DNA of 20,000 bases from assembly GCA_000934665.2 (NCBI GenBank), contig KZ538461.1:50299-70298 (forward strand), in the 5' to 3' direction. Below are positions 1-11,203 of the stretch, one piece after another. Numbering within the stretch: position 1 is the stretch's first letter; each line of letters begins with the position of its first letter. The translations under genes and the position numbers were made by a program. The notes beneath the pieces are model-generated. The model ran no database searches and was not told the origin of the DNA. It saw only the letters and a program-made list of their open reading frames with translations. Source of the DNA: Catajapyx aquilonaris (taxonomy: Eukaryota).

Positions 1-1509
1 TTTCAGGGGTAGGAAGAGAGGAGGATCAATACCGGACAAAAGTTGTGCCTGCGTGGCTCCAGGTGTCGCCAGTGGGATGCTGCCAGGTCATCATCCTGGA
101 CCCCGATGGGGGCGGGGGGGGTCACGCCAGGTCACACCCAGTGCGTGTGGGCGGGGAACAGTAGAGGCGCATGTCCGCCAGCGGCTAGAAAATGATTTCA
201 CTCTGAGTTTTAGGGGGGGGGNGGGGACAAAAGCAGTGAAAGCCAAAGCCGGGGACGACAGCATCCGCGATATGCGTGCTGCATTGTGCGACAGGATTTA
301 CGGACATTAGCAGCGATGTGCTGTACGCCGGAGGGCCTGCACAAAAGCCTGCTCCGATTCCCACCTACATTTCTGAGACATTATGAAAAGCCACAGCCAG
401 AAGGAAAGTTGAGGAGGCGGATATTGGACTTGGAAAAAAGAAAGAAAAAAAAAGCGTGCTCCGGATGAGCACGTAATTACAGGTAAAGCCCTGCAATCAT
501 TGTTCTGGAGACGGCAGCGAAGGAATTTACCAACTTGGGGGTAGACTTTTCCAATATTCAGCCTGGAGGAAGGGGAACAAAAGGTGCCGTTTTCCAATTA
601 TCAGGAGAACAATGGCGACTCGGATATGGCCATAATTGCCCCAGGTGGGATCCCAGTTTTTGGCTGGAAAAAAAAGAAGGCTCGCAATGCTAAATGAAAT
701 AATCGGTATAGGACTTCTGTCTGCTCCCTCCAGCTTATAAAAGGGGACGATTTGAGAGCAGTAGTGTGTAAAATCGACCTTGGGCAAGTTAATTCCAACA
801 GGTGTCCTTGTCAGGGACTCGAGGGTGGGCACTACCATCATTGGGAGGGGCCCGTCTTTGCTGCTCCGAAGAACTTCAGGAGAGAAAAAAGCAGAAAAAA
901 AATAGGCGAGCAATCGATCCTTTTCTGCACCGTGGTGATGTATGCCGTACATTCCTAACATCCGCATCGTCTGCGCGTCATGACTGTGTTAACAATTTAT
1001 TGAAGAGGGCTCATTACGAATAAGTGCGATCGGACCAAATCAGATTAGACCCGCCTTTAATTGCTTCAAACTGGGTGCGATGGCAAGAGTTTTTCTTGGA
1101 CCTCTCCAGGGCATCGGGAAACTCGTAACTCAACTTCGGAGGGGTCCTACGGGGGGGGGGGGGGGGGGNTTGACAGCTGAACCCGGGCTATTTTTGGGGG
1201 AACATTCCGTCTGCCCTTGCCCAGTTTTTCTTTGTAGCGACGGAGGGTTTGAAACCCATCACTGGCAATTAGTGGGCCTTTTTGGGTTGGGAGGCTGTTA
1301 CATTCTTCACATATCTCAAATGTCGAAAACTTCCCAGAAACGGGTCGATATAAGTGCAGAGTATTGATCTAGAAGTGGGGTGGGTTTGAGCTTTATTTAT
1401 TTTTTAAACAATGGATAGGGTGCAGTTAACTGAAAAGAGATATGACATGGGGTTGGGTTGGTGCAATCACCTTTTGTTCTGACGGGATATGTTTTTTGTG
1501 TGTTCGCAG

Positions 1510-1596
1510 GATGATTCACAAACCAGCGAGGTGGAGGTTGACCTGGATGAGGTGTTGGACCTGGAAGACGACAGCCACCGAAGAAAGTACCTGCAG
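1510..1596 (+). CDS. PPP1R14: Internal coding exon of a PPP1R14 (CPI-17/PHI-1 family) protein phosphatase 1 inhibitor; upstream exon(s) not found in the window
   Basis: Acceptor ttttttgtgtgttcgcag|, donor |gtgagt, 87 nt, phase 0. Translates DDSQTSEVEVDLDEVLDLEDDSHRRKYLQ, resembling the EIDxDELLDxExD...R..LQ segment of PPP1R14 proteins (family recognised from memory, no search run). Confidence 0.85.
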
Positions 1597-2109
1597 GTGA
1601 GTCACACCGGATCTGCTCTTGAACGGGATCGTCACGAAGCTCATGCGAATCAATTAACCTCGTCGAAATTGGGCCCACGTGGGGGTCAGGAGGGGTGTGA
1701 ATGAATGGGTACCAACAATGAGGAACATGCAACAAAAGGATCCTCACCACCTTTGTGCCGGATCAAGGACAGGGTGAATCATGTGTCATGGCGGATGGCG
1801 CGATTTTGAAGATACCACGTAGGCTACGTAGTGGGTGCCCCGCGATTCGTGACAATAGAGGAATCCCGCTATTCTTACGACTTTGACCTTCCGCCGCTAA
1901 CTATAGAATCGGCCGTACCTCTTTTTTTCCCCCCCCCCCTCCTGCCGAGCCAGAGGTCGAGCATTGTTCGATGGTCCTGACCGGAACGCCGGGGGTTTTT
2001 TCTATTATTCACGTAGGGGCGCGATGCACGCAACGCGCCCAAAAATAAAATTGGACTACCTACGCACGCGGCAGGCCAAATACTAAAACAATTTTTGTTG
2101 TTGTTACAG

Positions 2110-2151
2110 AGTCTTCTGGCAGATGCCAAGAAGCCACCAGAAGCTGTCAAC
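2110..2151 (+). CDS. PPP1R14: PPP1R14-like coding exon (42 nt)
   Basis: ttgttgttgttacag| ... |gtaagt, phase 0/0. SLLADAKKPPEAVN continues the frame and resembles the family ELLxDCxKPTE segment. Confidence 0.85.
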
Positions 2152-2538
2152 GTAAGTAGCATCATGTTGGGGTTGTTCAAGCTGTGCCATATTGTGGCCG
2201 CAAGTCAGGCGATATGGTCCTGCTGTATGGGGGTGGGGGGTGGGGAGCCAAAATGACGTCAAAGGTACTCTTTGTATGACACTATAGAAACGTATCAAAC
2301 AAACTGTCTCATCAATATTGAGGAATTCTGTTGGTTCTCTGGGGTTCTTTGCTGCTAAAAGTTGCAATCATATGGTCACTTTATGCCTCGAGGTTGGAAA
2401 TACTGTATTGACCAACCAAATTGTGGAGCCAATCTAGATAGGGACCTATTAACTGGTGCAGAGGCTCATATTTGAACAATACTTGCCACACTGTCCAGTC
2501 GCCTGGAAATGATTATTAATGGAGACTTGTCATTTCAG

Positions 2539-2580
2539 AAATTCATCGATGACCTGCTGGCCAAAGCGAAGACATTATGA
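2539..2580 (+). CDS. PPP1R14: PPP1R14-like terminal coding exon
   Basis: cttgtcatttcag| then KFIDDLLAKAKTL*, TGA at 2578-2580. Resembles the C-terminal FIxxLLxK helix of the family. Confidence 0.85.
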   Translation, partial: KFIDDLLAKAKTL

Positions 2581-3567
2581 ATAGAAGAGGACGTTGTTGG
2601 TGACAGGAATCTCTGCCAGGCTGGTCAGCAGCCTGTCAGTTCTCTGAAAGCGAGGTGATAGGACGAGCAAGTTTACATCATGGGATTTGCAGATCAAGAA
2701 AACTACTTCGTTGCCAGACACTGGATTTTTTAAATAGTAAAAACACAACAATAAGGTTGAATCAATGAGAGCGACAAAGCACGCTGTGCAGATATCAGAG
2801 GTGGTGACAAAGTTAAAAAGGACCCAACCTCCTGTTGCCAGATTGTAAATTATTTGTAATGTGCAGTTATATATATTAAAAAATTGGGTTTTCTTTTTGT
2901 AGGTTGTATGGCGTGAACCTCAGCCACCAACCATGCATGGGTAATAATTTTAATATGCTTTTGGGACGTCCATCTTTTAATGGTGTTAAATCATTCTGAC
3001 TAGTCGTGGCTTCTTGGCAAAAGGCGAAGTTTATGGTACTTCTGTCAGGTGGTTTCTCATGCTAGCCAGCATTTTTTGGATGCTGTGTTTTTCTCAGTAG
3101 GAGGACTTAAATGTGCTTTGGTAATTGCCAGTTTTAAAAATCTTGTGGGACCAGTTGGTAGGACGTGAAAGGGAGTGTTTTTGGACTAATATGGTGGGAT
3201 CAAAGGGGACTGAGTCATCGGCTGATTGGCTGAGAAGAGAAAAATCGAGTCTTCCAACTGGATTTAAATATTCTGTCACCTTGTTTGCTGTTCTTGTTTC
3301 TTAATAGCTCTGGTTTGTTACTTTTTGCAGTGTTTTGACTATATTAATTACCCGAGAAAATCTCAGCATCAGTGTTGTAAAATACCTGTTATTAAGTTAC
3401 ACTATCCAGCTGTGTACGCAGATCAGTTGGAAGTAGGCGTATGATATGATAAATGTAATGTGATGTAACATTTTTAAATGTGGAAGTTAAGAAGGGTGTG
3501 GTAACAAGAGCTGCAGTTTTTGGAAGCAATAACTATAACTTAACTTCTCCCCCAAAAATATGCTGAT

Positions 3568-3615
3568 CAATCGCCGCTTCACAAGTGCAATCGCCGCTTC
3601 ACAAGTGCCATCGCC
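3568..3615. repeat. 20-bp tandem repeat, about 2.4 copies
   Basis: caatcgccgcttcacaagtg x2 followed by ccatcgcc. Confidence 0.85.
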
Positions 3616-5505
3616 TTTTCGAGAATGAGACGTCACAGTTAAAAAAAAAAAGGTGGACTCTTACTTCCCCAACCCTCTTCAGATCTAGTGACCTCATGTG
3701 GTTGAGGCAAGCTATTATTGTAAAATAACTTCCATTTTGTAAGCGCTTCGTCTACTTTGTTACGTACATGTAGTTACGTTTTTCACCTTAGCTGGTAAGA
3801 CCGTCAATGTCGTGTTAACCACCAAGTAATTGGATAAAGTTTATTTTGGAATTTTTTTTTGACAATGTTGTAGAGTATTGTAAGCTATGCCGAATGATAC
3901 TACTAAGATGATGTATCCAACACCAATTTTTGCGGATCGACAGATATTGGTTCAGAAGATGTGTACATGTTGGTGCCAACAAATAAACTGAAAGGTAGCA
4001 TTGCATCATAAGCTTGCTCATCTGAGATGTAACTCATAATGTTCCTATTCTGAATGGCCAAAGGATTCTACTGAAAATAATTTCCCATTATTTATGGCAA
4101 TAAGTGAGGTCCAATTTTGCACATGGTTCACTAAAACTGAAATTGATTATGCATCTCTTCCAATATAATACAATGAGAAATCAGTTTCTTGTGAACATTA
4201 ATGCCAGTTTAATATAGAAATACCATTGCCATAAAAATAGAAATTTTGACTTTTCTCAAGAGGCAGAAATTTAAAAAACTGCAAATTCCTATATGTGGAT
4301 CTGTTACACTGAATGAGCTTATTTTGCAATTCTAGCACATTTAAATAGTTTGTACCATCGTACACCTTTTGGATGAAATAGTTAATCTGCAATAATATGG
4401 AACCTGGATAATGTCAATCATATTTGTAGTATCCTTTAGCTGGTGGCTTCAAAACTGCACAACAGAACCAGCATTCAGATGCCTCCTGACCTCAGTACAG
4501 TTTGTCAACTTTTAGTCCTTCTGTGAGGTACTGTTTATGTCCAAGTCTGGGAGCAGTGGGGTGGAAGCAATGCTGTGGAGATATCAAGCCCACTGGTTGC
4601 TAGCAGTTGGCATCCATACTATTGGGATGCCGTTAGCAGAAAGGTATGAGGCTGATTGGGTGGAACAGGTGGACTGGCAGATGTAGGTGGGAACACATTG
4701 TAAAATTATGAGCCAGCTTCAATGTTTGACAGTTGATTGTCAATCACATGCCAGCAAGGTTATATTACTGGGAGTGATAAAAAGGTGTATGTTGTGTGTC
4801 CAATGTGCAGTGCATTTTATCCAAATACTTTGATTATTATTGAGTGAAAGACTAGGAGGTCAGCTCGAAAGTTACTTCTCTTTTTTTTTACATGTATTAT
4901 AGTAAAATAAATAATAAAAATCTCAATTGACATGACTTGTTGAGATGTTTTGGTCCATAAACTGACAATGGTTTCAAACATTTTCCTCCAAGATGACAGG
5001 ATGGCCACCAATGGAGGCTACGTGAAAATTGGCACCTTCCAAATTTCACTATTTAGATTGTTAAACCCAGCCAAAGAACATCATTAATTTTGGCCCAAAT
5101 AGCTAAAAAGTGGTGGAGGGCACATTGGTATGGTACCTTTCACGAGGAATCTATTCCATCGACTAGTGGACCTCATAGTCCTTGACTAATTGAGGTGGGT
5201 TGGGTATATATATTCCTAAAGGGAGCCAGCTTGCAGCTTCAATTTTGATGATGATCGAATTTTTTCTCTCTCCAATAAGTATACATCATAAAAACACCTG
5301 GGGATATTTGGTGTACTCGTCTGTGGTGCAGAGTATTGATTCAGAAAATAATGCTTTCATGAGTGTATTGCAGTTTATTGTCTAAAAATACACCTCACAA
5401 AACACTAGATCGGCGAGACCTTCCTTTCTATTGAGATTATGTACAGCAGATTTTTTAAATTATTCACAAATGAAGTTAAATCCGCATATGACAGCCTCAA
5501 CTATA

Positions 5506-5756
5506 TGAATGGGTTAGTGCCATAACGTGCTAAGCCACAAAACCTTCATTCTGAGATATGGGCTTTCAAAAGTTTGGCTTAACATGGCAAATCATACAAA
5601 ACAAGGAACATTATTCGTGATTTTCTCGTGATCTATGGGGAATTTTTCTAACTACGTGATGCCCACTTGTGAAGCACGATGGTGGGACTTTCAGACACGT
5701 GCAAGCTCAAAAAACACAAAAGTGTGGCTTAGCACGTTATGGCACTAACCCCTTCA
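5506..5756. mobile_element. Tc1/mariner-type MITE
   Basis: 34-bp TIRs (5506-5539 / 5723-5756, tgaa[t/g]gggttagtgccataacgtgctaagccaca, 1 mismatch) flanked by TA on both sides. Confidence 0.85.
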
Positions 5757-5948
5757 TATGACAGACTTTCGGTTATAGCAGACTTTGTTCCCTTGAAGTA
5801 AGCTATAACTTATAATATAATTGAAACAAGGTAGCCAGTTGCCAAAATTTGGCAAAAGTGGTAAGTGTCTCTCTCCCTCTGACGTCCACCCTCTCTCCCG
5901 CTCTCTTCTGGCTGAGAGACATCTTGCCCCTGTGTTGAGGATTGTGTT

Positions 5949-6225
5949 CAGCGCCGGATTTGCACCCCCCCCCCCNCACGGCCTGACGCTTAAAATGCAA
6001 TTTTTTATTGTGTTCTCTCCTTTATTTAATGCTATTTTATTTTTAAAATATTTTGTTGAAAGTTATGGCCGCCCTTCGACCATACCTTTTCTGCCTGTAG
6101 TGGTAAATGAAGCTCTGAAAAATTCGTTTTTCTTTGTGATCTCGCATTCATTTCCTATTATTGTAATATGTGAGATACCATATATTATTTATTGCAACTC
6201 GCGGGATATGGGATATCCGGCGCTG
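5949..6225. mobile_element. hAT-type MITE
   Basis: 11-bp TIR cagcgccggat ... atccggcgctg with a perfect 8-bp TSD attgtgtt (5941-5948 and 6226-6233). Confidence 0.9.
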
Positions 6226-6721
6226 ATTGTGTTCATGATCAGGTTGCGAATAATGCGTATGTTGCCCGCACCTGTTTTCCTCTCTACAGTACAACGTCTT
6301 CGAGTAAGGAGCAGGACGGAGGAGAGCAGCCCCCGGACACTTTCCGTCGACTTTTAAGTATGGTAATGATATATCATTACTTAAAAGGAACCAATATTTG
6401 TTGCTGTGATCAATAATTTTCTCCTTATTCATTACTTAAAAGGAACCAATACGTCGTATTGAGTCAGTTTTGTTGTTGTGATCAATAATTTTCTCCACAT
6501 TAAGATCTCAAACGTGAAGAATTTTTCATTAGCAATTTCAGACACTCTCAAAATCTCAGGTTTTGTAGATTTGAAAGGCATATATTTCTCTCCGATTTTA
6601 AAAAGTCGCATATTTTGACATTATGGCCAAGTCCGCCTGGTCTACTGTGCAATGGTATGAAACTTTACACTGTATACAGCGTTCAATTATCTATATTATC
6701 AAATATTATTAAAATCCTACT

Positions 6722-7753
6722 GGGTGGTTCCATTTCAGATCAGCCAGTGAGTGAAAAAAGTGTCAAGTCATAGTCATCGATTTTTTGCAAAAAATATATG
6801 TGAAACCCACATCCAATTGAACTCTTATGGAGCAATCAGTTTTACCAGATTAAATTTAGTTATCGAGATATTAATATTTCTTTGAAGGGGTACCAAAATC
6901 ACAATCACGCGAAGACGCACTTTTTCCCGCTTTTTTCCATTGCTTTCAATGAGTATATCTCGGGAACTGTTCTGAGAACCTGCAAAAAAAATCTCCAATC
7001 TTGCATATTTTGGTCAAAATGCGCATATTTCACACCGTTTAATACACCGTTACTGTAAACGTGACGGTTGTGCTGATTATATTTTGTGACGTACTTGGTG
7101 ACCTCCTACAGGTTATGAAATAAAACCTTCGTTAGCTCCGCGTGTAGTTGAGATATGCAAGGTGAAAATATGGCAACAAGCGAAAACACGCATATTTACA
7201 AAATTATTTTCTCAAAAGAGGAATTTTTAATATTTTATTTCTTATTTTTTATTTTACAAGGAAAGGCATGGTATAAAATTACGTAGTGTCAAAACCCGGT
7301 ATGTATTTTTTATAAGTGAGATACAAATTTTAGTAAAGTGACAACTTTCGTGATTGTCCTACAATATGCACACTTCAAATAAATATTTTCTCGAAAAAGC
7401 CATTTTAAATATTTAATCTTGATTTTTTCTATAACAAAGTAGAATGCGTTCTATTATTAAATTATATCAACATTCTCTATATATTTGTATTCAGTGAGAT
7501 ACGAATTTATTACTGAGCGGTGATTTTTGTTTTTATGCATAGCAACAACATGCACATTTCAAAAATTAATATCTGGAAAACGCCATTTTAAATATGCAAT
7601 ATTATTTTATATTATCTTCATAAAGGAAAGACAACCTGTCTTTCCTTTATGAAGATAATATAAAATAATATCAAAACCTGCTCTAGATTTTTTATGAATG
7701 AGATGCAAATTTCGGAAAAGTGGTATTTTTTGCTTTCATTTAGTGTCTTTCAC
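6722..7753 (+). mobile_element. Terminal arm (about 1 kb) of a probable Sola2 DNA transposon, truncated internally
   Basis: Begins gggtggttccatttcagatc (fits the GRG terminus described for Sola2). Holds three degenerate ~180-bp AT-rich units (~7190-7730). 7520-7753 is the reverse complement of 19786-19990, which lies just downstream of the Sola2-like transposase fragment. Left boundary inferred. Confidence 0.65.
7599..7671. repeat. Perfect 35-bp-arm hairpin with 3-nt loop
   Basis: atattattttatattatcttcataaaggaaagaca-acc-tgtctttcctttatgaagataatataaaataatat. Confidence 0.95.
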
Positions 7754-7759
7754 TTATTT

Positions 7760-7799
7760 TGTTCATTCTTAGAGTGGGTGTTCATTCTTAGAGTGGGTG
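7760..7799. repeat. 19-bp tandem duplication
   Basis: tgttcattcttagagtggg x2, next to the point where the Sola2-like arm stops. Confidence 0.9.
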
Positions 7800-7858
7800 G
7801 TCCATGTTGGGCCCCCCAATGTAGCCCTCCCCTTTCGTACCTGTAAAGTTCAGCCTTA

Positions 7859-7985
7859 TGCCTGGTTGCACCAACAAAATTACCGGTCCGATAGCTCCTA
7901 ACGGACCGATAGCACATGTTAAAAGGTCTACCTATCTGTCCATTAGGAGCTATCGGACCGGTAATTTTGTTGGTGCAACCAGGCA
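7859..7985. mobile_element. PIF/Harbinger-type MITE (127 bp)
   Basis: ~54-bp TIRs starting tgcctggttgcaccaacaaaattaccggtccg (2 mismatches), TTA on both flanks. Confidence 0.9.
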
Positions 7986-8394
7986 TTAGTCCGGTAGGGT
8001 CGCCACATATGTGCTCTGGGAAATGTCTCGTGGCGGTCTCAGGTGAGCACCAGTGCATAATCCCTCGGCAGGGGGTGGGTGGGGAGTGACCTAACCTGAG
8101 TCTTCTACAGCCATGGTCCGGATGCTAAGGGTTTTAACTTTGCATTTTGTGATAAAAGTATAGAATTTTGGACAAAAAAAAGAGAGAAAAAAACGGCCCA
8201 AAAACCTGCCAAAAACTCTGCTGTCAAAGGGTTAAACAATACAGACTTTTCATATTCCTTTGCTAGCTGTTCCAAAAATCTGCAAGTGCATGATACATTT
8301 TGTATGAGGGAAAGAAAAGGGACACATGGGATTATACAGTTTCATGACTCATGTTGCACCCTCAATAACTATTATTTCCAATGATCTTCAAAAA

Positions 8395-8400
8395 TTTATT
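8395..8400 (-). terminator. Candidate MCFD2 polyadenylation signal
   Basis: First AATAAA I found on the - strand after the stop at 9162, implying a ~0.76-kb 3'UTR. No transcript evidence. Confidence 0.3.
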
Positions 8401-8542
8401 CCTTCGGCACTGATAATTTCAGGTGGTGTCCAAGTTGAAACCCACAATGGGGAAACAGGGGAGATTGCTGGATTAGTCACATCTGGGTAATGTAAAGGAA
8501 GTTGAAGGCCTATAATAAAAGGCAGAGGAAGACTCAATTTGT

Positions 8543-8642
8543 GCCGAGTCAGGATTGAAGTTTGGTGCAGCAGAGGAGTCATTACTCCACCCATTTCCTC
8601 CTGCACCCCCCCCCCCACCCCNCCCCCCCCCCCCCCCCCCCC
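8543..8642. repeat. Dispersed repeat copy 1 (~62 bp plus poly-C)
   Basis: gccgagtcaggattgaagtttggtgcagcagaggagtcattactccacccatttcctcctgca + C-run; same sequence at 10079-10157. Confidence 0.9.
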
Positions 8643-9161
8643 AAGTTGTTCAACTTGCATAAGTGTTGCATTGATACAAAATTACTTGCATACATCTCAT
8701 TTCATCGTTACAGGACAAAAATTACAGGCTGGAAGATTGAAAGTCATGAAGCAAACATTGTTCATTTTTAAAAGCTGCCAAGAATCAACATTCTGCACTC
8801 TTGATGTTATTTTGATCACTTGGAAATGCATAGGATGTATCCAAAACACACATTTTATGTACAGGTCAACAGGTCACAACCTACAACAAGGAAAGTTAAT
8901 GGGATAGGGATATGTTTTTAAAAATGTTTGGGTTTATCTGGGATGTCCGGGACTTTGATTCATGTGGCCAGTCTTTCACGAATGCTTGGCATTTTCGGCA
9001 GCCCTGCAAGGGGATCAAGAATTTCATTTAGAAAGCACTGCATTAATAAAGCGTACCTGTGCTCTAGACAAGCTATGAGAAAGAGTGCATATAGAAAATA
9101 GAGCCATCACCATTAGTCTGGAAGAATTAAATTTCGTGTGCCCCCGGTGCATTTTGTGTTC

Positions 9162-9340
9162 TTACGCTCGTGCTTGAGCTGCCTGCTGTGCCTGGACAAA
9201 CTCCGAGTAGTCGATGAAACCGTCGCCATTCTTGTCGTCATTGGCCAGTATGGGATCAATCAAACTGATGAGTTCTTCGTCTTTGAATATCTTTTCCTCA
9301 GGGATAGGCATTCCTGAGTTTGGATTATGGTTGGCCTGGT
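9162..9340 (-). CDS. MCFD2: MCFD2-like protein, last coding exon (second EF-hand)
   Basis: Acceptor tgccttccag|. (D)QANHNPNSGMPIPEEKIFKDEELISLIDPILANDDKNGDGFIDYSEFVQAQQAAQARA*. EF loop DKNGDGFIDYSE matches the MCFD2 DDKNxDGYIDYxEF motif. TAA at 9164-9162. Confidence 0.95.
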
Positions 9341-9396
9341 CTGGAAGGCAGATCAACAGATCACACCACTAAAATAAACTGTATCATTTAACATAC

Positions 9397-9545
9397 CATG
9401 CCAGTGTATGAGTGACTTTACAAGTTCTGAGCCATCCAGTTTGTTGTTGTTGTCAGCATCATGCATTTTGAAGTAGTGGAATTGCAGTTCTTGCTCAGAC
9501 ATCTGGGACACATCCAAAGGAACTTCCATGTGCTCCTTTAGGTGA
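9397..9545 (-). CDS. MCFD2: MCFD2-like protein, exon with first EF-hand
   Basis: tctctttacag| ... |gtatgt, 149 nt. [49 protein letters not shown] carries the hallmark MCFD2 MSxQELQxHYFKMHDxDxNxxLDGxEL motif. Followed by a 56-bp intron (9341-9396); phases are compatible on both sides. Confidence 0.95.
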
Positions 9546-9641
9546 CTGTAAAGAGAAGGTACCCATGATCCCTCATGTGTATTGACTACATCAGGCCATT
9601 CTAAGTAATTGAAAATAATATTTAAAAAAATACACCCATAA

Positions 9642-9775
9642 GATTGGGCTGCACCATTGAAGATAGATTTACTACTAAGGATTTATCCTTAGCATTCCTT
9701 GTTGTCACCTGTTGGATTTATTGTTACCAACAATAAATAAGGTCATCAATCTACCTTCAATGATGGAACCTAGTC
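9642..9775. mobile_element. Degenerate PIF/Harbinger-type MITE in an MCFD2 intron
   Basis: Imperfect ~28-bp TIRs gattgggctgcaccattgaagatagatt / aatctaccttcaatgatggaacctagtc, TAA on both flanks. Confidence 0.7.
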
Positions 9776-10078
9776 TAAGTCATGATCCAGCTCCCTTGCT
9801 CGAACTTGATTAGTACAGCAAGTTAGGGCAGGAGTTAACCCCAGTCTGGCACTCTGAAGTGACTCCTATCCCTGTAATATAAGAAGTCCTCTTGTCATAA
9901 TAATTATCCTCTTCACCCCCATCCACCTGAATCTAGGTGAGGAGAACTCGACTGCAGAGTACCAGCTATACCTCCATTCCCTAGATTTTCACTTACAAAT
10001 ACTCTGAAGATGAGGACAAGATATTTTACAAATAGTCCTAACAACAGCTATACAACAGCTATACAGCTATCCTGATAG

Positions 10079-10157
10079 GCCGAGTCAGGATTGAAGTTTG
10101 GTGCAGCAGAGGAGTCATTACTCCACCCATTTCCTCCTGCACCCCCCCCCCCCCCCC
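10079..10157. repeat. Dispersed repeat copy 2 (~62 bp plus poly-C)
   Basis: Direct copy of 8543-8605 followed by a C-run. Confidence 0.9.
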
Positions 10158-10639
10158 NATGCCCTACAACAGTGGTTACCAAACTTTTTGTCCCATGGAG
10201 CCCCCTTTATAGAAAGAATTCGACAGCAGAGCCTCTGACTTTTTTTCACTTTCAATGGGTGTGTATCGCTGAAAAATATGGATACTATTTTGCATTTGGT
10301 TTCAATGAAAATCATCTCCATCTTTTTGCTTGATATAATACAGTACAGTCATACATAGAAGATGAAAAACAAAAAATCATCAGTTTGGCGATGTACGGTT
10401 TTAGGGATAGCTGCAGAAAAATGCCATGCTCTGTGTTGAAGCGGCTCCTATACTTGGTTTTAGTTACTGCATAGGCAGAAAATCCAGATTCACACAAATA
10501 AGTGGTAGCAAAAGGAAAATAAATTTAAAAAAATTGGCAAGTGGTTAAAATTCGTCTTTTAACCATATGACGCCTACGAACATCATAATTATGATGTCCT
10601 TCACCATTTTTGAATCTGGCGGCAAAGTGTTTGCATGCA

Positions 10640-11147
10640 GAGGCAAAGTTGGAGGGCTGTGAAAGCGATGATTAAGAAGACAAAGGACCTGTCCGCAGTG
10701 TTCTGCACAGTTCTGAGTTGAGCATGGGACGGAATATCAGATGATGTACTCTCCCCTTCTTGTCCTCAACTCTTCTCCCCACTACTAGAGATGAAGCGAG
10801 TTTGCGCAAGAAAAAAGAGAAATTCCGCGAGAAGCAGAAGATGGACTACGATCGCCTTTAAGCCATTTACGTCCAGGAGACCAGGTGAGTGACCAGACTC
10901 CAGAGGAGGTGAGTGACCAACAGACTCCAGAAGAGGTGAGACCTACACCGGACTCCTACACCTACTGGACTCGTTCTGGACGATTTGTGAGGCCTCCTGT
11001 CCGGATGGACTTTTGACCTCCAGAGAAGGGGGGATGTTGTATAGTTACTATGTATCCATAGTAATGTATTGTCATTGTTGATTAAACTTGTTAGATGACA
11101 TTCCAAAGCCTAGTCAAGTCTTTCGATAGCTCCCTCCTAACACAACA
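10640..11147 (+). mobile_element. Ty3/Gypsy LTR retrotransposon 3' remnant: decayed integrase tail, polypurine tract and 3' LTR (11035-11147)
   Basis: Broken frames give RAVKAMIKKTKD, SELSMGRNIR, EKQKMDYDR, LRPGDQV and TRSGRFVRPPVRMDF*, typical Gypsy integrase C-terminal motifs. PPT agagaagggggga directly precedes tgttgt...acaaca. Left boundary approximate. Confidence 0.85.
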
Positions 11148-11203
11148 TGTATATCACTAGATTACACCTGCAAGAAGTGTATCAGGGTACCTGTAATACT
11201 CAC

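Noticed and set aside
53..1367. ORFs of 60-146 aa at the start of the window, including EGKLRRRILDLEK as a possible PPP1R14 upstream exon
   Set aside because: No recognisable domain, no phospho-Thr motif and no convincing splice sites; most likely intron.
5011..5153. Weak inverted repeat (cgtgaaa..gg.acc / ggtacctttcacg)
   Set aside because: Too short and degenerate, with no TSD.
5821..6357. 178-aa ORF with hydrophobic stretches
   Set aside because: TTG start; runs through a TSD-flanked hAT MITE and an N; hydrophobicity comes from T-rich DNA.
6600..6649. Transib-like terminus (cacagtag on -)
   Set aside because: No partner end or 5-bp TSD found.
8200..8235. piggyBac-like end (aaaggg|ttaa)
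   Set aside because: Solo end with no matching left terminus in the window.
10880..10970. CRISPR-like repeat-spacer pattern
   Set aside because: Short imperfect tandem duplication without unique spacers, in a eukaryotic retroelement, with no cas genes.
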